A stretch of DNA of 32,000 nt from Prochlorococcus sp. MIT 0801. Its GTDB lineage: Bacteria; Cyanobacteriota; Cyanobacteriia; PCC-6307; Cyanobiaceae. Position 1 is the first letter of the stretch. The number at the start of each line of letters is the position of its first letter. The stretch covers positions 1,290,001 through 1,322,000 of the forward strand of contig NZ_CP007754.1 of assembly GCF_000757865.1 (NCBI RefSeq). Reading direction: 5' to 3'. Below are positions 1 to 10,271 of the stretch, one piece after another. The position numbers were made by a program, and so were the translations under genes. The notes beneath the pieces were generated by a model. That model worked only from the letters and a program-made list of their open reading frames with translations. It ran no database searches and had not been told where the DNA came from.

Positions 1-1
1 T

Positions 2-340
2 AATGTTAGTTCTAGAGATATTTTCAGAGAAATAATGCGCAAATCAAAAACAAATACATTAATACCCTCAGGAATCTTAAGAGGTCTTGGGAAAGAATCT
101 AAAGACACAGACTATCATCTTTCATTAAAAGGTTATCTAGTTCACAACAAAACTGGTGATATTGGTATCTCATATTCAGATACTGCTCTAATTCAAACTC
201 CTAATAATTCAAGAGCCTTCGCAAGTTTTATAGTTGAAGGTCCATTTAATGATCCGAGATCAACTGAGTTGATAAGAAATTTATCGGCAGAGTTAGTTCC
301 TTTTCTAAGCCTAGATCAGAAATCAAGTAATCCAAATTAG
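2..340 (+). CDS. C-terminal part of a serine hydrolase (class A beta-lactamase / PBP-like); 5' end lies outside the window
   Basis: The reading frame is open from the window edge (nt 2) into the listed ORF 35..340. It contains a KTG motif (HNKTGDIG) typical of serine beta-lactamase-fold enzymes. Confidence 0.5.
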   Translation, partial: NVSSRDIFREIMRKSKTNTLIPSGILRGLGKESKDTDYHLSLKGYLVHNKTGDIGISYSDTALIQTPNNSRAFASFIVEGPFNDPRSTELIRNLSAELVPFLSLDQKSSNPN

Positions 341-453
341 ATTTTTTACCGACTTAAAAAAAACTTTTGCAATTCATTATCATTTTTTTTTTTGAACTTT
401 ATCAATCTAAAGAGGCCTGTTTATGAAACAATCTTCTTACCAGTAATAAGAAA

Positions 454-1542
454 GTGAGTTCAACTAGAAAACGCAGAGTTTTTCCATTCACTTCAGTGAT
501 TGGACAAGAAGAAATGAAGCTAGCGCTTCTTTTAAATGTTATTGACCCGAGAATTGGCGGAGTAATGATAATGGGTGATAGAGGTACGGGAAAGTCCACA
601 ACCATAAGAGCACTTGCAGATCTATTACCTGCGATTGAAGTCGTTGAAGGAGATCCCTACAACAGCTCTCTTGAGGATCCAGACCTTCAAAGCAATGATG
701 TCAGGGAGCGAATAGACAGTGGTAGTGACATTCAAAAAGGTGAAAAACAAGTTCCGATGATTGATCTACCCTTAGGTGCCACTGAGGATAGACTTTGCGG
801 AACTATTGATATTGAAAAGGCCCTTAGTGAGGGGGTTAGAGCTTTTGAACCAGGACTGCTAGCCAAAGCAAACAGAGGGTTGCTTTATGTTGATGAAGTC
901 AACTTGCTAGATGATCACCTTGTTGACGTACTTTTAGACTCTGCCGCATCAGGGTGGAATACAGTTGAACGAGAAGGTATTTCGGTTCGACATCCTGCAA
1001 GGTTTGTACTTATTGGTTCAGGCAACCCTGAGGAAGGAGAATTAAGGCCTCAGTTACTTGATCGTTTTGGGATGAGTGTAGAAGTAAGAACAGTAAGGGA
1101 GGCAAAACTTCGAGTTCAAGTAGTTGATCAACGTACAGCCTTTGATAATGATCCTGAATCTTTTAGCGATTCGGTTCAGGAGAAACAAGCATCACTTCAA
1201 CAAAAAGTTGTTGATGCTCAAAATATACTTAACGAGGTTTTTATCGATGAAGATCTCAGACTAAGGATTTCAGCAGTTTGTGGTGAACTTGACGTTGATG
1301 GACTTAGAGGAGATATCGTAACAAATAGAGCAGCTAGAGCCCTTGCTGCCTTTGAAGGGAGAAAAGAAGTAACTGAAGAAGATATTGCTCGTGTCGTGTC
1401 GACAGCTTTAAGACATAGGCTTCGAAAAGATCCTCTTGAACAAGTTGATTCTGGAGATAGAGTAATAAAAGCTTTTTGCAAAGTATTTGAAAGGAATGAA
1501 AGTGATGATGTATCTGAATTCGAACTAGCCACCGCTAACTAA
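454..1542 (+). CDS. chlI: Magnesium chelatase ATPase subunit I
   Basis: GTG start. N-terminus [24 protein letters not shown], Walker [10 protein letters not shown] and Walker [13 protein letters not shown] match the ChlI/BchI AAA+ family. Length is 362 aa. Confidence 0.95.
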   Translation: MSSTRKRRVFPFTSVIGQEEMKLALLLNVIDPRIGGVMIMGDRGTGKSTTIRALADLLPAIEVVEGDPYNSSLEDPDLQSNDVRERIDSGSDIQKGEKQVPMIDLPLGATEDRLCGTIDIEKALSEGVRAFEPGLLAKANRGLLYVDEVNLLDDHLVDVLLDSAASGWNTVEREGISVRHPARFVLIGSGNPEEGELRPQLLDRFGMSVEVRTVREAKLRVQVVDQRTAFDNDPESFSDSVQEKQASLQQKVVDAQNILNEVFIDEDLRLRISAVCGELDVDGLRGDIVTNRAARALAAFEGRKEVTEEDIARVVSTALRHRLRKDPLEQVDSGDRVIKAFCKVFERNESDDVSEFELATAN

Positions 1543-2007
1543 GTGAGAATAATAGGAATCGATCCAGGGCTAGCAAGGGTAGGTTACGGAATTATTGACG
1601 AAATAGAAGGAAAAAAAATAATGATTGATTGCGGAATTATAGAGACAAAATCAACACAAAAAGAAGAAGAAAGACTTGTAGAAATTTCAAATGATTTGAG
1701 CTCAATAATAAAAAAATGGAATCCCAATTCTGCAGCGGTAGAAAAGTTTTTTTTCTACCGCTCTAGCACAACAATTAGTGTTGTTCAGGCTCGCGGAGTG
1801 ATAATGATGACTTTAGGAAAGTACAAGCTTTCGATTCAAGAATTCCCCCCAATGCAAATCAAACTTGCTATCACTGGTTATGGTCATTCCGACAAGAATG
1901 AGGTGTTAAATTCTGTTATGAATGAACTCAGTATCACTTCACCACCAAAGCCAGATGATGCCGCAGATGCACTAGCAATAGCTCTTACCGGAATTTATCT
2001 TAAATAA
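1543..2007 (+). CDS. ruvC: Crossover junction endodeoxyribonuclease RuvC
   Basis: GTG start directly abutting the chlI stop. Has the RIIGIDPG catalytic Asp motif and the C-terminal [11 protein letters not shown] motif. Length is 154 aa. Confidence 0.9.
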   Translation: MRIIGIDPGLARVGYGIIDEIEGKKIMIDCGIIETKSTQKEEERLVEISNDLSSIIKKWNPNSAAVEKFFFYRSSTTISVVQARGVIMMTLGKYKLSIQEFPPMQIKLAITGYGHSDKNEVLNSVMNELSITSPPKPDDAADALAIALTGIYLK

Positions 2008-2035
2008 TTTAATTTGTAGTTAAAATATACTTTTT

Positions 2036-2632
2036 ATGAAAAATATTTATGATGAGGTTAAATCAAGAAAAAAGAATTTAAGAAAGAAATATAATTTAAT
2101 CCGTAACTCAAATCCACCTTTAGTTCATGAGGAAATAAAGTTAAATGTCAAATCAGCATTAAATATACTTTTAAATAAATATCATGTTGAAGGGAAATAT
2201 ATAGGAATTTATTGGCCATTAAAAGGTGAAGTGGATATAAGATTTATCAAAGAAATTAATAGTTTAAAAGTTGCTTTACCCTCTAGTGCTAAAAGCAGTG
2301 GTATAAGCTATCATCATTGGTCAAACAATCAACTAGAAATAGATTCAAACAGTATTCCTGCACCAACGAAAAATAATGCCATTAACCCTAATGATATGTC
2401 TATCCTATTTGTTCCCGCAATAGCGATAGATCGAGATGGTTACAGATTAGGTTATGGGGGAGGATACTTTGATCGTCTTCGACAGAAAGATTTGTGGTTT
2501 TCAATACCATCATTTCTAGTCATCAGTAATAATTGCATATCTAAAAAACCATTACCCAGAGAAAAATGGGACGTGCCATTTAATGGTTGGATTAGCGAAA
2601 AAGGTCTACATCAAATTGAAGCAACTAATTAA
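2036..2632 (+). CDS. 5-formyltetrahydrofolate cyclo-ligase family protein
   Basis: Has the GYRLGYGGGYFDR signature of the MTHFS family. Length is about 198 aa. Confidence 0.8.
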   Translation: MKNIYDEVKSRKKNLRKKYNLIRNSNPPLVHEEIKLNVKSALNILLNKYHVEGKYIGIYWPLKGEVDIRFIKEINSLKVALPSSAKSSGISYHHWSNNQLEIDSNSIPAPTKNNAINPNDMSILFVPAIAIDRDGYRLGYGGGYFDRLRQKDLWFSIPSFLVISNNCISKKPLPREKWDVPFNGWISEKGLHQIEATN

Positions 2633-2674
2633 TTAGTTAAGCTTTAGGATAAGTAAATTGATTGATCTAAAGAG

Positions 2675-3139
2675 GTGACTGAAATCAAAGAAAAATCTTT
2701 CATCAATACTTATGGGAGTGATTCATTAGACAATCTTATAGAGCGTCTACAATCAACTTCAGATGCCAAAAGACGCTACGAATATATTTTATGGCTAGGA
2801 AAAAGTTTGCCGTTACTAGATGAAGATCTTCAACTAGCATCCACTCAAGTAAAAGGATGCATTTCAGAAGTGTATGTTCTTGGAATTCTTTTAAATGGAA
2901 AAATCCAGTGGAAAGGATTTTCTGATGCCCTCATAACTAAAGGGTTGCTAGCTTTTCTGATAAAAGGTCTGAATGATCTAACACCTTTTGAAGTACTCTC
3001 TATAGATGAGAAATTTATTGAGATGACAGGATTAAATAAAAGCTTAACGCCATCGAGAGCGAATGGTTTTCTCAACATATTCCTTAAGATGAAAGCTCAA
3101 GCCAAAAAACTCTCAATACCTAGCTCTGACAATGAATAA
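2675..3139 (+). CDS. sufE: SufE-like cysteine desulfuration (sulfur acceptor) protein
   Basis: GTG start. RRYEYILWLGKSLP and the conserved Cys in VKGCISEVYV are typical of the SufE/CsdE family. Confidence 0.8.
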   Translation: MTEIKEKSFINTYGSDSLDNLIERLQSTSDAKRRYEYILWLGKSLPLLDEDLQLASTQVKGCISEVYVLGILLNGKIQWKGFSDALITKGLLAFLIKGLNDLTPFEVLSIDEKFIEMTGLNKSLTPSRANGFLNIFLKMKAQAKKLSIPSSDNE

Positions 3140-3174
3140 ATAAGATTTAAACAAAATTATCGCTCTATAAGAAC

Positions 3175-4491
3175 ATGAAAAAAGTTGGTATCGGTTTACT
3201 TGGCCTAGGAACTGTTGGCCAGGGTGTCGCAAATATCATAAGCCAACCAAAAGATAGACATCCTTTGGTTGGAGAACTTGAACTTGTAAGTGTCGCAGTA
3301 AGAAACCTCAAAAAGAAAAGAAATATATCCATCCCAGATTCAATACTTACAACAAACCCAACTGAAATAATTAATAATCCCAATATTCAAATAGTTGTTG
3401 AAGTAATGGGCGGTATAGAGCCAGCCAAATCATTAATTATCCAAGCGATAAGAGCAGGTAAATCTGTTGTTACTGCTAATAAAGCAGTAATTGCAAGACA
3501 TGGTGAAGAGATTTCAAATGAAGCAAAAGCCTCTGGGGTTTATGTCCTCATTGAAGCAGCAGTTGGAGGAGGAATTCCAATAATTGAGCCTTTAAAACAA
3601 TCTTTAGGAGGGAATCAGATAACAAAAGTAAGCGGAATAATAAATGGAACAACTAATTACATACTCACCAGAATGGATAAAGAAGGAGTTAATTATTCTG
3701 AAGTTTTAAAAGATGCCCAAGTCCTTGGATATGCAGAAAGTGATCCTGCGGCTGATGTAGAGGGATCAGACGCAGCTGACAAAATTGCAATTCTTAGTGG
3801 CCTTGCTTTTGGAGGAGCGATTAATAGAGCTAAAATACCAACAACTGGAATAAACCTACTAGAGGATATAGATGTTAGCTATGCTAGGAAGTTAGGTTAT
3901 GGAATCAAGCTTTTAGCAATATCTGAGAAAGGAGAAACTCAACCAAGCAGAGAATACAGTCAACCACTCTCCGTTTGGGTTGAGCCAACATTAGTACCTG
4001 AAGACAATCCATTAGCAGGCGTAAATGGAGTTAACAATGCAATTCTTGTAGAAGGAAATCCCATTGGCCAAGTAATGTTTTTCGGACCAGGTGCAGGTTC
4101 CGGCCCAACGGCATCAGCTGTTGTTGCAGACATACTTAACATTGCCGGTATTCAGTCTATGAGTGAAGACAAAATCTTTAGCTTAGATCCTCTTCTATCA
4201 GCAAAAGGTTGGAGAAGTTGTCACATAGCAGAAAAGGAACAAATAACTAAAAAGAATTACATACGGCTTATCGCAGAAGATAGTCCAGGTGTAATTGGAG
4301 AAATCGGGACTATTTTTGGAAAGAAGAAAATATCTATTGAATCAATTGTGCAATTTGACGCAAAAGATAAAAAAGCAGAGATAGTAGTCATTACTCACAA
4401 AATCAATCAAGGAAAACTTGAAGAGGCTCTTTTAGATATAGAAAACTTGCCACAAGTCAAGAGAATTGCAGCAAAGATGGGTTGCCTTTAG
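3175..4491 (+). CDS. hom: Homoserine dehydrogenase
   Basis: N-terminal Rossmann GLLGLGTVGQGV, then TANKA, GIINGTTNYIL and AESDPAADVEGSDAADK motifs, and a C-terminal ACT-like domain. Length is 438 aa. Confidence 0.9.
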   Translation: MKKVGIGLLGLGTVGQGVANIISQPKDRHPLVGELELVSVAVRNLKKKRNISIPDSILTTNPTEIINNPNIQIVVEVMGGIEPAKSLIIQAIRAGKSVVTANKAVIARHGEEISNEAKASGVYVLIEAAVGGGIPIIEPLKQSLGGNQITKVSGIINGTTNYILTRMDKEGVNYSEVLKDAQVLGYAESDPAADVEGSDAADKIAILSGLAFGGAINRAKIPTTGINLLEDIDVSYARKLGYGIKLLAISEKGETQPSREYSQPLSVWVEPTLVPEDNPLAGVNGVNNAILVEGNPIGQVMFFGPGAGSGPTASAVVADILNIAGIQSMSEDKIFSLDPLLSAKGWRSCHIAEKEQITKKNYIRLIAEDSPGVIGEIGTIFGKKKISIESIVQFDAKDKKAEIVVITHKINQGKLEEALLDIENLPQVKRIAAKMGCL

Positions 4492-4542
4492 CTAACGAAA
4501 GCTAGTCAAATCGAAATTAAGTTGCTAATTATATAAAAGAAC

Positions 4543-4570
4543 AAAAGAAATTTTAACTTAAATTTCTTTT
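4543..4570 (+). terminator. Possible weak intrinsic terminator after hom
   Basis: AT-only inverted repeat aaaagaaatt / aatttctttt (10 bp) lies 50 nt after the hom stop. The T-run is inside the stem. Confidence 0.25.
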
Positions 4571-4582
4571 CGAAACTAAACC

Positions 4583-4801
4583 ATGAAAACATCCAAAAAC
4601 GTAATTGAGAAAACCAGAAAAGAAACAGAAAAAAATATTAATCAAGGAGATTGTGTTTATATAAAGAATCAAGAAGAACTTTTTCAAGTATTAGGTATAG
4701 ATAATGCCTACGAAAAATGTTGGGTCAGAGAATGGCCACTTAATCCTAATGGATCCCCTGTCTTCGAGATATCAATTAAACAAGTATCTCCAAATCAATA
4801 A
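4583..4801 (+). CDS. Small hypothetical protein (72 aa)
   Basis: Clean ATG ORF in an intergenic slot with no competing ORF. No recognisable motif. Confidence 0.45.
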   Translation: MKTSKNVIEKTRKETEKNINQGDCVYIKNQEELFQVLGIDNAYEKCWVREWPLNPNGSPVFEISIKQVSPNQ

Positions 4802-4843
4802 ATATTTTACTCATGTAGAATTAATTATAAAAACTCATACTAA

Positions 4844-6421
4844 ATGTTAATGTTAAATTGTATAAAAAATATTTTAAAAATATCAAGTATTCTCCTAATA
4901 CTTTTACAGTTATCTTGTGCCCAAAACAAGAAAAGAGAAAATATTATTGTTGCAAGTGCAGGTAAAATTGAATCACTTGATCCTGCTCAAGCAAATACAC
5001 TCAGGACATTACAAATATTAAGCGCTCTTGGAGATACTCTATACAAAATAAATAAGGAAGGGAATCTATCACCAAGCTTAGCTAAAGATTTACCAAAAGT
5101 AAGTAAGAATGGTTTGCTAATAGATATTCCACTCAAAGAAAATATTTCTTTTCACGATGGAAGTATTTTCAATGCAGAAGCGATGGCATTTAGTCTTAAT
5201 CGATTCAGAAAAATTGGAACTTTAAATTACCTATTAAATGACAAAATAGAGGATATTGAAGTCAAAGGAAAATTTCTTTTAAGAATAAAATTAAAAAAAC
5301 CATCGAGTTCATTAGCAAGTCTTTTAACATCAGTAAATTTGACTCCTGTCTCTCCTGATTCATATTCAAACTATAAAGATAGTTTCAATAATAAAAAGTT
5401 TGTAGGGACAGGACCTTATTTCTTAGAAAGTTTCAACTCAAGTCAACAAATAATAAAGCCATTCAAAAATTATTGGGGAGAAAAACCCCTAAATAAAGGT
5501 ATTAACTTTATAAATTATAGTAATTCTAGTACTCTTTTTGGAGCTATAAAAACAAAGGAAGTTGACGTCCTCATCTCAAATTCTATAGATGATTTGCAAC
5601 GATTAACATTAAATAATATGGCTAAGAAAGATCAACTAAAATCCGGAGAGGGTGATCCAATAGAGATAGGATACATTACATTTAAAAGCAATAAATTACC
5701 TTTAGAAAATAAAGTAGTTAGGAAGGCTCTTTCCTACACTATTGATAGAGAATTAATTAGTCAACAAGTAAGTTTCGGAACAAGAGAACCACTAAGATCA
5801 ATTGTGCCTCCTCAACTACATAAAAAAGAATTTAAGCCATGGCCTAAATATAATCCTAATACTGCAAGATCTTTATTAAAAAAAGAAGGCTACTGTGGAA
5901 CAGAGATTCTTTCTATTCCATTAACATTTAGATCTAATGTACCTGCAGATAAATTACTTGCCCTTACTTGGAGAGATCAAATCAAAAGAGATTTATCTGA
6001 TTGTTTAGAAATAACTTTAAATGGAATTGAGTCAACCACAGTCTACAAACAACTTTCCGAAGGGGCTTTTGAAGCGGTTATATTAGATTGGACTGGGGCA
6101 TATCCTGACCCAGAAGCATATTTAACTCCCTTACTAAGTTGTAATGAACTAAATAATAATTCTTGCCTCAAGGGTGAAGCTGTATTCAGTGGTAGTTTTT
6201 GGGGTGATAAAAAATTACAAGAACTCTTGGAGAAAAGTGAAGAACTAGATGGAGAAAACAGACTAAATAATTTAATAAAAGTTGAAAAACTTGCAGCACA
6301 AGGAGGTGCCTACTTACCAATTTGGCTCGTTAATCCTAAAGCTTGGTCTCTAAAAGATATAAGCCAACCAGAATTTTCAAAAGATGGGGTAATTATCCTG
6401 AAAAACTTAGAAAGAGACTAG
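4844..6421 (+). CDS. ABC transporter substrate-binding lipoprotein, family 5 (peptide/nickel type)
   Basis: Signal peptide with lipobox LLQLSCAQ. Overall OppA/DppA/DdpA-like layout (AGKIESLDPAQA, GTGPYFLESF). Followed by a DppB-like permease. Confidence 0.85.
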   Translation: MLMLNCIKNILKISSILLILLQLSCAQNKKRENIIVASAGKIESLDPAQANTLRTLQILSALGDTLYKINKEGNLSPSLAKDLPKVSKNGLLIDIPLKENISFHDGSIFNAEAMAFSLNRFRKIGTLNYLLNDKIEDIEVKGKFLLRIKLKKPSSSLASLLTSVNLTPVSPDSYSNYKDSFNNKKFVGTGPYFLESFNSSQQIIKPFKNYWGEKPLNKGINFINYSNSSTLFGAIKTKEVDVLISNSIDDLQRLTLNNMAKKDQLKSGEGDPIEIGYITFKSNKLPLENKVVRKALSYTIDRELISQQVSFGTREPLRSIVPPQLHKKEFKPWPKYNPNTARSLLKKEGYCGTEILSIPLTFRSNVPADKLLALTWRDQIKRDLSDCLEITLNGIESTTVYKQLSEGAFEAVILDWTGAYPDPEAYLTPLLSCNELNNNSCLKGEAVFSGSFWGDKKLQELLEKSEELDGENRLNNLIKVEKLAAQGGAYLPIWLVNPKAWSLKDISQPEFSKDGVIILKNLERD

Positions 6422-6423
6422 TT

Positions 6424-7446
6424 TTGTCAACTAAAAAGTCACTTTTCAAATATATTCTTTCAAGATTAACTTTATTGCCAATAATGCTTTGGATCATTTC
6501 GAGCTTAGTTTTTATATTATTAAGAATTGCTCCAGGCGATCCGGTAGATGCAATTCTAGGCACTCGAGCGAATGAATTTGCAAGGGAAAGCCTAAGAATT
6601 AAACTTGGATTAGATAAGCCTCTAATTAATCAATATATTGAATATTTAAATCAATTAATTCATGGAAATTTAGGAATCTCATTAAACACACAAGAACCTG
6701 TAAAAGTAATTATTTCAAAGGCTCTTCCAGCAAGTTTGGAATTAGCTATATTTTCAATATTAATAGCATCATTAGTAGGTTATTTAATTGGTTTTTTAGG
6801 AGCAGTTAAGCCAGAAAGCAAAATAGATTTTTCAGGAAGGATTTTTGGCATTGGAACCTATGCTCTCCCCCCTTTCTGGGCAGCAATGTTAATTCAAATT
6901 ATCTTCGCTGTTTTTTTAGGTTGGTTACCCATTGGTGGAAGATTACCTCCTGGAGCTATTCCTCCGCCCCCAATCACTGGTTTCTTACTTTTAGATAGTA
7001 TTTTAGATAAAAACGTTGAAATCATTTTTAGTTCTATTCAACATTTAATATTACCCTCCGTCACTCTAGGGATCTTATTAAGCGGAATATTTAGTCGAGC
7101 ATTAAGATTAAATCTAGAAGAAGTTTTAAAAAAAGATTACATTGAAGCCGCCAAAAGTAGAGGTATAAATAACTCCAGAGTATTAGTTAAACATGCCTTA
7201 CCAAATACTCTTCTCCCCATATTGACAATTACTGGCTTAACAGTTTCTTCTTTAGTTGGTGGAGCACTTTTAATTGAAATAACATTCTCATGGCCTGGAA
7301 TAGCTCTTGGACTTCAAGAAGCTATAAATCAAAGAGATTATCCTGTTGTACAAGGAATAGTTGTTGTAATATCTAGCCTTGTTGTAATGATTAGTGTTTG
7401 TATAGATATCGCTATTGCATATATTGATCCAAGGGTTAGTTATTGA
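6424..7446 (+). CDS. ABC transporter permease (DppB/OppB-like)
   Basis: N-terminus FKYILSRLTLLPIMLW..LLRIAPGDPVD and the EAA loop IEAAKSRGINNSRVLVKHALPN. The tracked ORF starts at 6343 and overlaps the upstream gene by 79 nt. TTG 6424, just after the upstream stop, gives the canonical N-terminus, so the start is uncertain. Confidence 0.85.
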   Translation: MSTKKSLFKYILSRLTLLPIMLWIISSLVFILLRIAPGDPVDAILGTRANEFARESLRIKLGLDKPLINQYIEYLNQLIHGNLGISLNTQEPVKVIISKALPASLELAIFSILIASLVGYLIGFLGAVKPESKIDFSGRIFGIGTYALPPFWAAMLIQIIFAVFLGWLPIGGRLPPGAIPPPPITGFLLLDSILDKNVEIIFSSIQHLILPSVTLGILLSGIFSRALRLNLEEVLKKDYIEAAKSRGINNSRVLVKHALPNTLLPILTITGLTVSSLVGGALLIEITFSWPGIALGLQEAINQRDYPVVQGIVVVISSLVVMISVCIDIAIAYIDPRVSY

Positions 7447-9035
7447 ATATTGATAAGTTGTTCAATTATATTACTGTCTAAGATATGAAACTTAAGCTCG
7501 CCTTTAGTTAAATTCATGTTCAAAGGGACTGTTTTATTCTCTTCTAATTTTTCTAGGAAGTTGATGATCTCAAAAGCTAATAAGCTCTGAACAGAAAGTG
7601 GATGATATCCAACTATTGATTCTCCTAGATTAAATAAATCCTTACCTCTAGACTGATTCATTTGTCCCTCTACTCTAATAGGTGAAAAATGGCTAGCTCT
7701 CTCAATTAAAAGGACTCTACTTAATGGGCTTGAACTCAAAGCAAGCATTAATCCTAGTTGTTCACTAATAGAAGGAGTAACTAAATCAAAAGTTCCTCCT
7801 GTAAGGAAAAGAGGAATATTTATTTTATTTTCTAAATTTTTTGGCCACAAAAAACTCCCAAAACTATTCATACCAACAATAGCTGAAAGATTTTCTATAC
7901 CATTAGTATCTGACAAAGTAATATCTATTAGTTGACATTGTAAAAGTGAAGATAAATTAGAAAGAGAAAGATTATCAAGTACCTCCTGACATCTATTTTC
8001 AAGTTGATCATCTATTTTTACTCCTGAAGCCAAAATAGCTGTGAGGGCTCCTAACGAATGCCCCATCAAGACAACATTCTCTGCCAATAAATCAATTGTT
8101 CCTGATTTTTTTGCCTTGAGGATACTATCGATATCGTTCAAACGTTCAGGAATTGTTTCAGCACCTGGTAAAGGTAGTCTTCCTCTCACCAAGGCTTCCA
8201 ATGCTAATGAGTCACTACCTGGATGATCCAAGACAACAACAGGCCAACCATTGTGACTAAGACTTCTTGCAAGCCAATTAAAATGATTACGATCTCCTCC
8301 TAAACCAGGCATTAAAAGAACCCAATTTTTTCTATTTTTCTTCCTAAAAGATGGGTTCCAAACCTCTAAAATTAAAGGCTCTTTTCGATGAGAAACAGTT
8401 AAGGAAATTAATTCATATTCGGTTTCTTTTATTTCAAGAGGTAAAACATTCATTGTCTCTCTCTTAACTGATAAATCATTAATTGAGACTAAATCAGTTA
8501 TGAGTTTCTGTTGTTTCTTTAACTCACTTCTCCAATTATTAGCTACTTCAATCCACCCATCCAAATCAATGTGAATTGCTTTAACAGAGAGAGCATTTAA
8601 AAGATCAAAAGTTGTCACCTCATCTTTTTCATTTAAAAGTTTTTCTAGAGTATCGAGAACACTTTCGCCTGAGCTGTCTTCATCCATAAGTATTAGATCA
8701 CTTACTTCATCAAGCAATTTTCGTCCTGACCAACTTCTCAAAATTTGTCTTGCCATACTTTTATCTCTTACCAACGGTGTACTTAAAAACTTTGCCAAAC
8801 CTTTCCTTTCCTTAAAGCCAAGTAAATTAAGCCAACTAGCTAATTCAGAATTTTTTTCCTCTGCACCATTACTCCAATCAATCAATTCTTTTATCGAAAT
8901 TGGGATGGACATTCCATCGAAATGAATTTCAAATCTCTCTGCTGCTTGAAGTTTTGGATAAAAACAATAAGGAGCTAGTAAGCTTCCAACTGTTCCAAGA
9001 ACAACTAATTTTTTAATGAATGAATTTGTTCTCAA
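7440..9035 (-). CDS. Secreted alpha/beta hydrolase with N-terminal DUF1400-like domain
   Basis: TTG start and a signal-peptide-like N-terminus. Has the nucleophile elbow GHSLGA and the LLMPGLGGD oxyanion region. The N-terminal about 130 aa resemble the cyanobacterial DUF1400 module. Confidence 0.75.
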   Translation of the reverse strand: MRTNSFIKKLVVLGTVGSLLAPYCFYPKLQAAERFEIHFDGMSIPISIKELIDWSNGAEEKNSELASWLNLLGFKERKGLAKFLSTPLVRDKSMARQILRSWSGRKLLDEVSDLILMDEDSSGESVLDTLEKLLNEKDEVTTFDLLNALSVKAIHIDLDGWIEVANNWRSELKKQQKLITDLVSINDLSVKRETMNVLPLEIKETEYELISLTVSHRKEPLILEVWNPSFRKKNRKNWVLLMPGLGGDRNHFNWLARSLSHNGWPVVVLDHPGSDSLALEALVRGRLPLPGAETIPERLNDIDSILKAKKSGTIDLLAENVVLMGHSLGALTAILASGVKIDDQLENRCQEVLDNLSLSNLSSLLQCQLIDITLSDTNGIENLSAIVGMNSFGSFLWPKNLENKINIPLFLTGGTFDLVTPSISEQLGLMLALSSSPLSRVLLIERASHFSPIRVEGQMNQSRGKDLFNLGESIVGYHPLSVQSLLAFEIINFLEKLEENKTVPLNMNLTKGELKFHILDSNIIEQLINIQ

Positions 9036-10258
9036 CTTCTAGTGTTAGCAATTATTGGGAGAAATTCCCTGTATCTCTAAGACTAATCATAAAAGCTCGT
9101 TTATGGACAGCAATAGGAGCAGGAGGGGTATTGTATTTAAGTCCGATAATATTCAATAGTTTAGGTTTTTCAGCAGAGCAAATCGGAAGAGGAATAACCA
9201 CAGCTGCATTTGCTGGAATAACGACAAGATTTGGGACGGGATATTTACTTGACAAAAAATTTAGCTCTATAAAAGCAATTAAAGTTGCATGTTTATTTGC
9301 AATTTTATCGGATTTTATACTTTTTTATTCGCAAAATTTCTTAGCTTTCCTTTGTGGTCAGTTTTTCTTAGGAGCTGCAGCTGGAATATATTGGCCTTCT
9401 GCGGAATTAGCTATTCCATCAAATTGCAATACCAAAATAAAATCAAGTGAAGGTTATTCTCTTGCAAGAAGTGCTGATGCAATTGGAGTCACATTAGGGG
9501 TCTTACTTGGTACTATAGGATCTTATTTTGAATTCCCAAGAATAATATATTTAATAGATATTTTATGCATGTTATATATATTAAATATATTATTAAATAA
9601 GCTAGACACAAGTAGAAACCAAATTGCTTTCAAGATCAAAGACGATTTAAATGTTAAATATAAATCTCTTGAAAAAAAATACAATCTTAAATGGATAATA
9701 AGTTTACTACCTTTATTATTAATAACTCTATTTGTAACAGGAATAATGAGTTTATTACAAAGCATCCTTCCTATAGATTTAGCGAACGGAGGTATAATAA
9801 GGCCACCATTCACAGACCAAAAAGTGGCTACATTATTAACAATTAAACTCATTTTACTTGCTTTTTTTCAATGGCCAGTGGGTTATTTTTTAAGAAACGA
9901 AAATTCACCTTTTAAATTCAGATTATGCTTAATATCTCTACTCATAGGTTTTATTTTTTTGTCACTTTCAAATTTCTTACTTGACGGATATCTATTAATA
10001 CTTATAGCTTTCATACCACTAACAATATCTCTATGTATATTTTTACCCTCTGCTTCAGATGCAATTATAAATTCTGCTCCCATTAAATATCAAGGGTCAG
10101 CCATAGCCTTATATTCACAATGTTTTGGCATTAGTTCTTTAACAGTACGTTGGATGGCAGGAAAATTAATTGACACCTATGACACTGCCCTTCAACTATG
10201 GTTAATTGTTAGTATTCTTTGTATACTTTTAGTACCAATATCTAAAAATATTAAATAA
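9020..10258 (+). CDS. MFS-type transporter
   Basis: 412 aa with about 12 hydrophobic segments in two halves separated by a charged loop (KLDTSRNQIAFKIKDD...). Has a motif-A-like GTGYLLDKK. Confidence 0.65.
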   Translation: MNLFSTSSVSNYWEKFPVSLRLIIKARLWTAIGAGGVLYLSPIIFNSLGFSAEQIGRGITTAAFAGITTRFGTGYLLDKKFSSIKAIKVACLFAILSDFILFYSQNFLAFLCGQFFLGAAAGIYWPSAELAIPSNCNTKIKSSEGYSLARSADAIGVTLGVLLGTIGSYFEFPRIIYLIDILCMLYILNILLNKLDTSRNQIAFKIKDDLNVKYKSLEKKYNLKWIISLLPLLLITLFVTGIMSLLQSILPIDLANGGIIRPPFTDQKVATLLTIKLILLAFFQWPVGYFLRNENSPFKFRLCLISLLIGFIFLSLSNFLLDGYLLILIAFIPLTISLCIFLPSASDAIINSAPIKYQGSAIALYSQCFGISSLTVRWMAGKLIDTYDTALQLWLIVSILCILLVPISKNIK

Positions 10259-10271
10259 TAAAATATTTAAT

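Noticed and set aside
402-1532. Minus-strand ORFs 402..605 and 1218..1532
   Set aside because: They are antisense to chlI, whose identity is certain. Their products are Ser/Leu-rich with no motifs.
6343-6423. The tracked ATG start of the ABC permease, overlapping the binding-protein gene by 79 nt
   Set aside because: The extension (MVSKRYKPTRIFKRWGNYPEKLRKR) is read from the other frame of the binding-protein C-terminus. The canonical permease N-terminus begins right after TTG 6424. I kept it only as an alternative start.
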